Shown here: positions 26,704 to 39,289 of the stretch, piece after piece
How positions within the stretch are numbered: position 1 is the first letter of the stretch
How the letters are laid out: the number at the start of each line of letters is the position of its first letter
Origin: Octopus sinensis
Lineage: Eukaryota
Length of the DNA stretch: 64,000 nt
NCBI RefSeq assembly: GCF_006345805.1
Contig: NC_043001.1
Span: forward strand, 99,572,001 to 99,636,000
Direction: 5' to 3'
The notes under the pieces: model-generated
What the model was told of the DNA's origin: nothing
The model's input: only the letters and a program-made list of their open reading frames with translations
Databases searched by the model: none
Made by a program: the position numbers and the translations under genes

Positions 26704-27928
26704 AAAGATATCAAAGAGTGTGCCGAAAGAGATCAAAGAGTGTGCCGAAAGAGATAAAAGAGGGTGCCGAAAGAGATCAAAGAGGGTGCCAAAAGAGATC
26801 AAAGAGGGTGCCGAAAGAGATCAAAGAAGGTGCCGAAAGACATCAAAGAGAAGTCCCGAAAGAGATAAAAAAAGGTGCCGCAAGAGAGGAAAGAGATCAA
26901 TATGGGTGCCGAAAGAGATCAAAGACGGTGCCGAAAAAGATAAAACAGGGTGCCGAAAGAGATAAAACAGGGTACCAAAAGAGATAAAAGAGGGTGCCGA
27001 AAGAGATCAAAGAGGAGTCCCGAAAGTGATAAAAGAGGGTGCCGAAAGAGATAAAAGAGGGTACCAAAAGAGATAAAAGAGGGTGCCGAAAGAGATCAAA
27101 GAGGAGTCCCGAAAGTGATAAAAGAGGGTGCCGAAAGAGATCAAAGCGGGTGCCGAAAGAGATCAAAGCGGGTGCCGAAAGACATCAAAGCGGGTGACGA
27201 AAGTCATCAAAGAAGGTACCGAAAGGGATCAAAGAAGGTGCCGTAAGACATCAAAGAGGGTGCCGAAAGAGATAAAAGAGGAGTCCCGAAAGAGGCCGAA
27301 GAGTGTGCCGAAAGAGATCAAAGAGGGTGCCGAAAGAGATCAAAGAGGAGTCCCTAAAGAGATCAAATAGGGTGCCGAATAAGATCAAAGAGGGTGCCGA
27401 AAGAGATCAAAGAGGAATCCCGTAAGAGAGCAAAGGGGGTCCTGAAAGAGATCAAAGAGGGTGCCGAAAAAGATCAGAGAGGGTGCCGAAAGAGATCAAA
27501 GACGGTGCCGAAAGAGATCAAAGCGTGTCCCGAAAGAGATCAAACAGGAGTCCCGAAAGAGATCAAATTGGGTACCGAAAGAGATCGAAGAGTGTGCCGA
27601 AAGATATCGATGAGAGTGCCGAAAGAGATCAAAGAGGAGTCCCCAAAGAGATCAAATAGGGTGCCGAATAAGATCAAAGAGGGTGCCGAAAGAGATCAAA
27701 GAGGAATCCCGTAAGAGAACAAAGGGGGTCCTGAAAGAGATCAAAGAGGGTGCCGAAAGAGATCAGAGAGGGTGCCGAAAGAGATCAAAGAGGAGTCCCG
27801 AAAGAGATCAAAGAGGGTGCCGAAAGAGATCAAAGAGGGTGCCAAAAGAGATCAAAGCGGGTGCCGAAAGAAATCAAAGAGTGTGCCGAAAGTGATCACA
27901 GAGGGTGCCGAAGGAGATCAAAGAGGGT
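26704..27928 (+). repeat. 22-bp satellite (GGGTGCCGAAAGAGATCAAAGA)n with 23-bp GGAGTCCC variant
   Basis: ~55 copies; higher-order duplication with period 289 (27361 vs 27650). Confidence 0.95.
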
Positions 27929-28559
27929 CCGTCCCTAAACCTAACCCTAACTACATACTAAAGGGAGATAACTACAAAATATCTTTTAGAGTTGCATATT
28001 ACAATTTAATAATGTAACTCTAAAAAGGAAGACGCGACACATAACTACAAAATCCTCTAGAGTTACTTCACATCCATATAATTATTTTATCACTATTATT
28101 AAATTATGACGATGGAAGTAAGTTTAGAAAGGCAAGGGAAGTAACCTTAGGAAGGGAGATAACTACAAAATCTTCCAGAGTTACTTCCCTTACATAAAAT
28201 TACGATACGACTGTTATTAAATTGTAATAGAGAAAGGAAGTAACTCTATAATATAATACTCATGACACATACACTGTTACTCTTTTCCTTGTTTAGTCAT
28301 TTCACTGTGCCCATGCTGGAGCACAGCCTTTTCTAGAGCAAATAAACACCAGGACTTAATCTACGTCAATCTAGTATTTATTCTGTTGGTCTTCTTTTCC
28401 CGAAAGGCTAAGTTAATGGAGTGTAAAAAACACCAGCATCGTTTGTCAAGCGGTTTTGGGGACACAGAAACATACATATAAATATCTATATGTATATACA
28501 TATATGTCTCACTCTATACATATATTTATATCTCTCTCTCTCTATATATCTATATCTAT

Positions 28560-28568
28560 CTATTTCTA

Positions 28569-28650
<82 letters not shown>
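28560..28650 (+). repeat. (TCTA)n microsatellite
   Basis: Direct observation. Confidence 0.95.
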
Positions 28651-28651
<1 letters not shown>

Positions 28652-29833
28652 ATATATATACCAATCTATATACGACGGGCTACTTTCTGTTTCCGTGTAC
28701 CAAATCTACTCAGAAACTTTGGTCCGTCCGAGGCTATATTGGAAGACACTTGGCCATGGGGCCACGTAGTTGGACTGAACCAGAAACCCCGTGATTGGAA
28801 AGCAAGCTACAGATGCAACCACCTTGGGTATGGGTGCACTGTGCTCACACACGTACAAACAGCCACACGTCCGCACTCACGCATATAGATACATGCAAAG
28901 ACGCAAACTCGTAGCTATTTATGTTTTAAATATGTTGACCTTAAAAATGCGACATTCTGAAAACATAGTATGAGTTTGTAGGTCAGCCGAAGAGTGTGTG
29001 AGCTTGTGCTTTCATTTCTGTCTGTGTGCGCGTGCGCATGTGTAATAGAGTGTTTCCAGTTCATACCTTTAAATGTGTGCTCGTGTAAAACTGTTTTAAT
29101 TTCTGAGTGTATTTATGTGTGTGTGTGTGTATGTGTGTTTATTTCTGTGTGTGTTGTACATATATGTATATATAAATATATAAGTACAAACACCCACACA
29201 GATTTTAAGACACTCACATACAGAACTATATATATATATACGTTAATACGCCTCTTTATCCATCGAACATAACGTGAAATCCGATGTTTGTGAGTTCACG
29301 TCCCCGTAACTTAGCGTTTCTGCAAAAGAGACCTATACATTAAGTACTACGCATACAAAGAATAAGTCCTGGGGTCGATTTCCTCCACTAATACACCACA
29401 ATTTAATAACAATAATATAATAATATACAAGGTAAGTATATCTATATAATATTTTGTAGTTATCTCACACAAATATGTGGTTAACGAGAGATAGGGTAAG
29501 GGTTACTTGCATATTATATTTATTAAGATTAAATTATCATAGGTAAGGGAATTAACTCTTGAAGATATTTGGTATCATAATAAAGACGTGACACATACAC
29601 TTTTTCGCTTTTCCGTGTTTTAGTCATTTGACTGTCACCATGCTGCAGCACCGCCTTTTCTAGAGCAAATCGACACCAGGACTTATTCTTTGTAATTCTT
29701 TGTAAGCCCACTATTTATTCTATCGGTCTTCTTTTGCCGAACCGCTAACTTACGGTGATGTAAACACACCAGAATCGGTTGTCAAGCGATTTTGAGGACA
29801 CAAACGCAGACAGAAACATAGACACACACATAC

Positions 29834-29926
<93 letters not shown>

Positions 29927-30070
29927 TACGAAGGGCTTCTTTCTGTTTTTTTCCCCACTGCCTGACATCTTGTGCAATTGTCTTCTACTATAGATCCGGA
30001 CCGAATAAAGCCTTGTGATTGGATTTGGTGGAAGGAAACTAAAATAATCCAGTCGTATACATGTATATAT

Positions 30071-30138
<68 letters not shown>

Positions 30139-32354
30139 TGTGTGTGTGTGTGTGTATGTGTGTTTGTTCCCAAACATCGCTTCACAACTAATGCTAGTCT
30201 GTTTACGTCCCCGTAACTTAGAGGTTCACAGAAAGAGACTGATAGAATAAGTACTAGGCCTACTAAGAATAAGTTCTGGGGTCGATATGCTCGGCTGAAG
30301 GTGGTGCTCAAACATGGCCACAGTCAAATGACTGAAACAAGTAAAGGAGAGTAAAAGAGTAAATAGCGACAAAAGTCTATGACCTGTTCACTAGGGAGAT
30401 AGCTGAAAATATCTCCTAGAGTTACTTCCCTAACATCATATAATACGTTTTATGTAATTTCTGTAATAGGTGTGTTCGCTTTACGCCTGCGAAAGGAGAC
30501 ACGACCATGCGCACACCAACAGACACACATACACATGCAAGTAATCTGCTGGAACCTTTAACAAATAAGCATTGACTACCTAATCATTTACATTTCATTA
30601 CACCCCACAAGTATATAAAGTAATAATATTATCTAGTACTACCATTCGGATATAATTAAGTTTCTTTTTTTGTTTTAGATAGTACATATACGTGTAGGTA
30701 TATCTGTATGTGTATGTGTGTGTGTGTATATATATATATAAAATTGTATATATACTGCTGGAGCACCGCCATTATTCGAGCACATTGTCCGCAGAACTTA
30801 TTCTTTGTAAGCCTAGTATTTATTCTAACTTATTCTTTTTTGCTGAACCGTTAAAACACAGGGAGGAAAACACACCAGCATCGGTTGAAAAATCTACAAT
30901 AGCCCAGGGCCGACCAAAGCCTTGTGATTGGATTTGGTAGATGGAAACTAAAAGAAGACTGTCATATATATATGTAACAGTAAGAGTGGCTGTGGTATGT
31001 GTGTTCCTTTTACGCCTGCGAAAGGGGACAAGAGCATGCTGATCATTTACATTTCATTACACCCTATAAATATATAAAGTAATAATGTTTGTTGTAGCTG
31101 TAATTGTCGCACACACACAAACGAATAAAAACACACAGACGCTCACACAGAAATAAAAACATTCACGCAAACACAAACACTGAAATGAAAATACCAACAC
31201 ACACACAAATAAAAACAGTCCCACGCACACAAACACTTAGAAAAAATACTCACACACAGAAATGAAAATACACAGCTACATACTACACTCAAACACGCGG
31301 ACAAACACAGAAATGAAAACAGTTACACGCACACACTCGAACACACAGAAAATAAAACACTCACACACACACATATAGAAATGAAAAATACAGTTACACA
31401 TCCAAACACTCACACACTCACAAACACACACACACACAGAAATGAAAATAGTCACACACAAACATACGCACCCACACACAGAAATGAAACCACAGTTACT
31501 CACTCACACATAAAACCCTAACCCTAACTAGCACACACATACAATTTATTCAGAATAGAACAGGGCATTGGGTGCTTTGCACTCGCAGTTAGAATATCAG
31601 CCCCCTCCACGCCAGTATGAGAATTTCTTTTATCCACTTATGAAATTAATACATTGTCGCCATATGAGAAAAATATGAGCAATATCTGAAGTCACTAAAG
31701 GTGTAATAAATTGAACTTATTTTGATTTAGTAGTTAGTGATCTCAAATGTGGGTATCTTAGAAATGGTCAAAGTGTTTGTTGTAGTAGTAATTGTCGCAC
31801 GCACACAAACAATTAAAAACACTCAGTCGAGCAAACACGCGCGCACACACAAATAAAAACACTCTCACACACACAAACACTGAAATGAAAATACCCACAC
31901 ATACATTCACACACACTCATAAATAAAAATAGTCCCACACACACACAAGGAGACCCCATAGGTATATCAAAAAAGTTTCTAGTATCTTTCCTAGCCCATA
32001 CTTTATTATGATAATTGAAGTTCTTATAATAAATAAGTACCTACTAAATCAGTACAACCAACATTACGTCCCCGTAACTTATCGGTTCTGCAAAAGAGAT
32101 CTATACATTAAGTAATATGCATACAAAGAATAATTCATGGGGTTGATTTGCTTGATTAGAAGCGGTGCTCCACCATGGCCACAGTGAAACAACTGAAAGA
32201 GTGTAACATCGAAAAAGTGTAAATTACGATAACTACATACTTAAGGGAGATAACTACGGAAACTAAAAGAAGACTGTAGTATATATATGTAACAGTAAGA
32301 GTGGCTGTGGTATGTAGCTTGCTTTCCAACACACCAGCATCGGTTGAAAAATCT

Positions 32355-32612
32355 AACCCTAACAACTACAGTCAATCGAAGATAATGACCAAACTGTCTA
32401 CTCTTATCCACCACTTCCAACAAGATTTGACAAAAAATGAGACAAATTACTCGACTAGATTTGACTGCAAAGCCAATAACGTCTGTGGACTTCCCAAAAT
32501 CTACAAAAGTGAGGCCAGAAACGTAGCCTTATAAACAAGTTAACTTCTATAGTCATAAATATTCCACACCCGAGAGATTTACGAATGAGACCAATCATGG
32601 CCGATCCAGGAA
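32355..32612 (+). mobile_element. Penelope-like RT N-terminal fragment (partial second copy at 36433-36512)
   Basis: DLTKNETNYSTRFDCKANNVCGLPKIYKS...PRDLRMRPIMADP resembles the PLE motif FYGLPKIHK...RPIVAGP. Confidence 0.8.
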
Positions 32613-34867
32613 TGTAGATACGGGGGACATTGGGTGCTTAACACTCGCAAATAGAATATCAGCCCTCTCCACGCCAGTATGAGAATTTCTTTTATCCACT
32701 TGTGAAATTAATACATTGTCGCCATATGATAAAAATATTAGCAATATCTGACGTCGCTAAAGGTGCAATAAATTGAACTTCTTTTCATTTAGTAGTTAGT
32801 GATCTGCAAATGTGGGTATATTAGATATGCTTAAAGTGTTTGTTGTAGCTGTAATTGTCGCACACACACAAACGAAAAAAAACACGCAGTCGCTCAAACA
32901 CACGACAGACACAGAAATAAAAACACTCACACACAAACACTGAAATGAAAATACCCACACACACTCATATAGAAATGAAAATACACAGCTACACATTCAC
33001 ACACACACACATGCAGACAAACACAGAAAGGAAAACAGTTACACACCTACACACGCACACACAAACGTACGCGCCCACACACAGAAATGAAAACAGTTAC
33101 ACACTCACACATAAAACCCTAACCCTAACTTGCACACACATACAATTTCTTCAGAATCTAACGGTTTTAGGGTCAACATATATAAAGCATAAATAACTAC
33201 AAATGTTCATCTTTGTATGTAACAGAGCGACAAAGTGTATAGTACAACTACGTTTTCAAAGGAGATAACTACAAAATATCTCTAGAGTTACTTCCCTTGC
33301 ATATTACAATTTAACAATAACTATAAAGCAAAGTAACTCTAGAAGATATTTTGAAATTATATCCCTTATAAATGTAGTTAGCGGGACATAACTACAACAT
33401 ATCTTCTACAGTTACTTTCCTTACATTTAAAGTATATTATTACTATTATTAAATTCAGACGTGATACACTTTTACTCCTTTGACTGTGCCTATGCTGGAG
33501 CACAGCCTTTTCTAGAGCATATCGACACCAGGACTTATTCTTCGTAAGCCCACTATTTATTCTATTGGTCTCCTTTTGCCAAATCGCAAACTTACGGTGA
33601 CGTAAACACACCAGAATCGGTTGTCAAGCGATTTGGGGGACACAAAAGCAGACAGATTAATACACACACACACATATATATGTGTGTGTGTATATATATA
33701 TATTTTTTTTCATATATACGACAAGCTTCTTTCTGTTTCCATGTATGGGTGAAACAGACTTTCGCGGTCGGTCACATTAGCCGATGAGACCACCTTGAGT
33801 ATGTGTGGACTGTGCTCACACACGCACAAATACCCACACTTCCGCACTCATGCACATAGATACATGCAAAGACGCAAACTCGTAGCTATTTATGTTTCAA
33901 ATATATTCATCTTAAAACCGTGACATTCTGAAGAAATGATATGAGTCTGTGGGTCAGCCAATATGTGTGTGTGTGTGTGCTTTCACTTCTATGTCTGTTT
34001 GCGCGCGCGTATGTCTGTGGATTTTTGCTCACCAACAACAATGTACTGGGTTCAATCCAACAGCGTGGCACCTTCGGCAAGTGTATTCAACTATACCCCC
34101 GGGCCAACCAAAGTATTCTCAGTGGAGTTGGCAGAGGGAAACTGAAAGAAGCTCGTCGTATATATGAATATCGACACAGGAATGGATATGTGGTAAGTAG
34201 TTTGCTTACGAACCACATGGTTTCAGTTTCATTCCCACTGCCTCGCATCTTGTCCAACTGTCTTCTACTGTAGCTCCGGGCCGAAAAAATCCTTGTGATT
34301 GGATTTGGTGGAAGGAAACTAAAAGAATCCCGTCGTATATATGTTTAAATATATGTGTATGTGTGTGTGTTCGCACTCGAAGGGGACATGAGCATACACG
34401 CACGAACCATCATACATAAAAATGCAAGTTCTCTTACTAGGGAAAGAACTCCCATTCTATCCCTTAAATTTTCCGAGATATATGAGTAAAATCCTTTCCT
34501 TTAACTAATTTTAGTATTATATATTTGTAAGGGAGCCAACTCTCCATACATCCCATAGAACCTATTATTATTGAAACACTAATTACGTTTCCTAATATTA
34601 AATTGTATTACCATCAATAAAAGGACGTAACTCTTGTTATAGGTGTAATTGTCGCACACACACAAACGAATAAAAATACAGTCGCTCACACACACGTACA
34701 CACAAATAAGAACATTCACACAAACACAAATTTAATAATAAACTAATATGGATGGGAAGTAACTCTAGAAGATATTTTGAAATTATATCCCTTAAATATG
34801 TAGTCAGCGGGATATAACTACAACCTATCTTATACAGTTACTTTCCTTACATACAATTATATTATTA

Positions 34868-35509
34868 ACGTAAGGGGTATTAGCCATCTGAATGTGGTTA
34901 GCCACTGGGGGTGGGGTGGGGTGGGGGTGTTACTGATGCTTTTAGCCCCAGGCGATCAACGTCGCCAGAAGGACTTTAGACACTATCTCAGTGCCCTTGT
35001 GTTATTTTCAAAGGGAGATCATCCTCCCTCGAAGACCCGAGTACTATATACGGACTATAGTTTCAAGGTAATTGCCTCTCGTCAACGCATTGCAAGCACC
35101 GGTCTTCGATGAAGGAGTCCCCTTGCAAATAATATATAACGTTTTTCATTGTTTTCAGACAGTTTTTCTACATCAGTGACAGTGGTTACTGTGAAAAACG
35201 TTATATATTATTTGCAAGGGGACTCCTTCATCGAAGACCGGTGCTTACCATGCGTTGACGAGAGGCAATTACCTTGAAACTATAGTCCGTATGTAGTACT
35301 CGGGTCTTCGAGGGAGGATGACCTCCCTTTGCAAATAACACAAGGGCACTGAGATAGTGTCTAAAGTCCTTCTGGTGACGTTGATCGCCTGGGGCTAAAA
35401 GCATCAGTAACACCCCCCCCCAGTGGCTAGCCACATTCAGATGGCTAATACCCCTTACGTTGTCGAGCGGTTACTGTTTATATCTCGTTCAGAGATTTAT
35501 TATTGTTTT
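34868..35509. mobile_element. Fold-back insertion with ~280-bp inverted arms and 13-bp TSD
   Basis: Arms 34867-35148 and 35192-35461, 43-bp spacer, TSD aattatattatta at 34855-34867 and 35510-35522. Confidence 0.9.
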
Positions 35510-38500
35510 AATTATATTATTACTATTATTAAATTTAGACGTGACACACTTTTACTCGTTTTATTTATTTGACTGTGCCCATGCTGGAGCACAGCCTTTT
35601 CTAGAGCATATCGACACCAGGACTTATTCTTTATAAGCCCACTACTTATTCTATCGGTCTTCTTTTGCCGAACCGCTAATTACGGTGACGTAAACGCACC
35701 AGAATCGGTTGTGAAGCGAATAATGGGACACAGAAACGTACACACATATATATTTAAATTTCTATATGTATATACATATATCTATCTATCTATATGTATA
35801 TATATATATATATCTTTATCTATAAATATACCTGTATATACATCTACCTATATATATCTATATCTCTCTCTATATATATATCTATATATCTCTACCAATC
35901 TATATACGACGGGCTACTTTCTGTTTCCGTGTACCAAATCTACTCAGTAACTTCGGTCTACCCGAGGCTATGTTAGAAGACACTTGCCCAAGGGGCCACG
36001 CAGTTGGACTGGAGCATAAACCCCGTGGTTGGAAAGCAAGCTAAATACCACGGCCACTCTTAATGCTATATATATACCAGGACTTATTCTTTGTAAGCCC
36101 ACTATTTATTCTATCGGTCTTCTTTTGCCGAATCGCCAACGTACGGTGACGTAAACACACCAGCATCGGTTGTCAAGCGATTTTGGGGACACAAAAGCAG
36201 ACAGATAAATACACAAACACATACATGTGTGTATATATATATATATATATTCATATATACGACAAGCTTCTTTACTGTTTCCGCGTACCAAATCCACTCA
36301 CAAAGCTTTGGTCTGTCCGAGGCTATAGTAGAACACTTGACATTAGTGCCACGTAGTGGGACTGAACCAGAAACCATGTCTTTGGTAAGCAATATACTTA
36401 CCGCAAAGCACTCATACGGGTATATATTTACACAAACAAGTTAATTTCTATAGTCATAAATATTGCACATCCGAGAGATCTCCGAATGAGACCAATCATG
36501 GCCGATCCAGTTATGTAGATACGGGGGGCATTGGGTGCTTAACACTCGCAAATAGACTATCAGCCCCCTCCACGCCAGTATGAGAATTTCTTTTATCCAC
36601 TTGTGAAATTAATACATTGTCGCCATATGATAAAAATATTAGCAACATCTGAAGTCACTAAAGGTGCAATAAATTGAACTTCTTTTCATTTAGTAGCTAG
36701 TGATCTGCAAATGTGGGTATCTTGGAGTTGGTTAAAATGTTTGTTGTAGCTGTAATTGTCGCACCCACACAAACAAATAAAAACACTCAGTCGCTCACAC
36801 ACACGTACACACAGAAATAAAAACTCTCTCACATACACACTGAAATGAAAATACCCACACACACTTTCACACACACATAAATAAAATCAGTCCCACACAC
36901 AAACACTGAAAAAAATACACACTCACATACGCCCAAACACACACACACATAGAAATGAAAATACACAGCTACACATACAAACACTCACACACACGGACAA
37001 ACACAGAAATGAAAACACAGTTACACACCTACACACTCAAACACACAGAAATGAAAACACACTCACACACACACACATAGAAATGAAAACTTAGCAACCA
37101 CATGGCTTTGGTTATGTCCCACTACGTGGCACTTTGGGCAAGTGACTTCTAATATAGCCCTCGGACAGACAAAAGTTTCTGAGTGGGTTTGGTACATGGA
37201 AATAGAAAGAAGCCCGTAGAATATATGAATATATATATATGTATTTATGTTTCTGTGTCCCCAAAACCGCTTCACAACTGATGCTGGTGTTTACGCTCCC
37301 GAAAATTGCGGTTCGGCAAAGAGGACAAATGTCTTGCAAACAACTTGCACATGCAAGTGCTACCAGTTAAAAGCTCCGTATATCGGAAGCTAGCAAGTGT
37401 ATGGGGTCATCAGGAGAGAATGCGCGCCGTTTCGGGGCCTACCTCTCGACGGCATCAATGCGCACCGAACCACCTCACTGATATGAGGCTCCGCTTGCTA
37501 GATCAGCTGGTTATGAAGAACTCAATATACTTCTAGCCATCGCTCGTCGTCTCTTTTTAACCTATAGAATAAGTCCTGGTGTCGATTAGCTCGACAAAAG
37601 GCGGTGCTCCAGCATGGGCACAGTCAACTGACACAAACAAGGAAAAGAGTAATTGTGAACGTGTCACCTCTTAAATATACAAAATACCTTGTAGAGTTAC
37701 ATCTCTTGCAAATTATACTTGAATGATATTACTAATATATTACTAATGATATTATTAATGATATTACTAATATGCAAGGGAAATAACTCTAGAGTGCATA
37801 CTGCACTTATCTCCCGTTAACTACATATTTCAGAGATATAACTACAAATTATATTCTTGAGTTAGTTCCCTTGCATATTCATTATTTAAATTATTATTTG
37901 TAATGGAATTAACTCTAGAATATATTTCATATTTATCTCCCCTAAATATGTAGTTATCGTAATATATACTTTGTCGCTTTGTTACACTCTTTCAGTTATT
38001 TCACTGCGGCCATGCTGGAGCACCGCCTTTAGTCGAGTAAATCAACCCCAGGACTTATTCTATAGGTCTCTTTTGCAGAACCGCTAAGGTAAGGTGACGT
38101 TATGTTCGATGGATAAACAGACATGTTAACGTGTATATGTATATACGTAGAAACACGATACACACAGATTTTAAAACTCACATACGCATACATACACACA
38201 GTTACACAGTCACGCACCGCAATGAAAACACACATCAAGTATTCATGTATATAAATATATATATGCATCTTGTATATATACATATAGATATATTTGTAAT
38301 TATATATAAAACTTAGATATGTTTGTGTGTGTGCTCCCATTTCTGTGTCTGTGCGCGCGCACCTGTGTGACAGAGTGTTTCCAGTTCACTGTTGGTGTCT
38401 GAGCGTTTGTGTTTGTGTGTGTGAGTGAGTGAGTGTGTGCATGTGTGTTTTCATTTCTAGGTGTGTGAGTTTGTAAATGTGTGTTTTCACTTCTGTGTGT

Positions 38501-39289
38501 GCGCGCATCCGTTTGTTTGTGAGTGTGTTGACTAATAAAAATAAGAAATAAGTGTAAATGTTTACCGGTGAGTGTGTTAAATAATAAGGCACTAAAAGAG
38601 AATGACCCTTCCCAGACACAACAGAATATGCTTCAACACACGAACTCATATAAAGAATCTTGCAAACTAAATCCAAAAACGAAATATAGTGTTTATTCCG
38701 TTGACAAATTTAAGGGAGATAACTGGAAAACCTCTTCTACAGTTACTTTCCTTGAATATTATAATAAAGACTTGTTTCATTCTTTTGACTGTGCCCATGC
38801 TTGAGCACCACCTTTTATCGAGCAAATCGACCCCAGGACATATTCTTTGTAAGCTTAATATTTATTTTATCGGTCTTCTTTGCCGAACCGCTAAGTTATG
38901 GTGACGTAAACACACCAGCATCGGTTGTCAAGATGTACTGTGAATGATGGTTAACAATAGAAGAACGAATTATATGATGCTTTCCGTGGTTATATTTTTC
39001 CTATTGTAGTAGATGAGGCATGATCGCACAAGGCATTAACCTTAGCCCTCATCCCTGCTTTTCAATGCTAAACCCGATATAAAACAGTGATCAACACTCG
39101 AAATAAACCTGTTCAATCTCTACCCTCCTCATCACCCAAAATCCTAACCCCTAGTTCAAACTTTGATCTCTTACCTGACTATTCTCTCTAAAAACCCTTC
39201 ACAAACCCCCAAGCTAACCCTAATATAGACTAAACTCTGAAAACCAATCCTAACAGCAAACCCACACCAAAATAAGAAAAACCACTTAC

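Larger units (their letters stand above)
27950..38935. repeat. Subtelomere-like mosaic of shuffled modules (hairpin module, CA-rich minisatellite, SINE pieces, gene fragments)
   Basis: Recurrent AAGGGAGATAACTAC..GAGTTACTTCCCTT, (cacacagaaatgaaaa)n blocks, about ten SINE fragments and duplicated unique segments in both orientations. Confidence 0.85.

Noticed and set aside
26704-27928. CRISPR-like regular repeats and PKEIKE ORFs
   Set aside because: Head-to-tail satellite without unique spacers or cas genes; eukaryotic context
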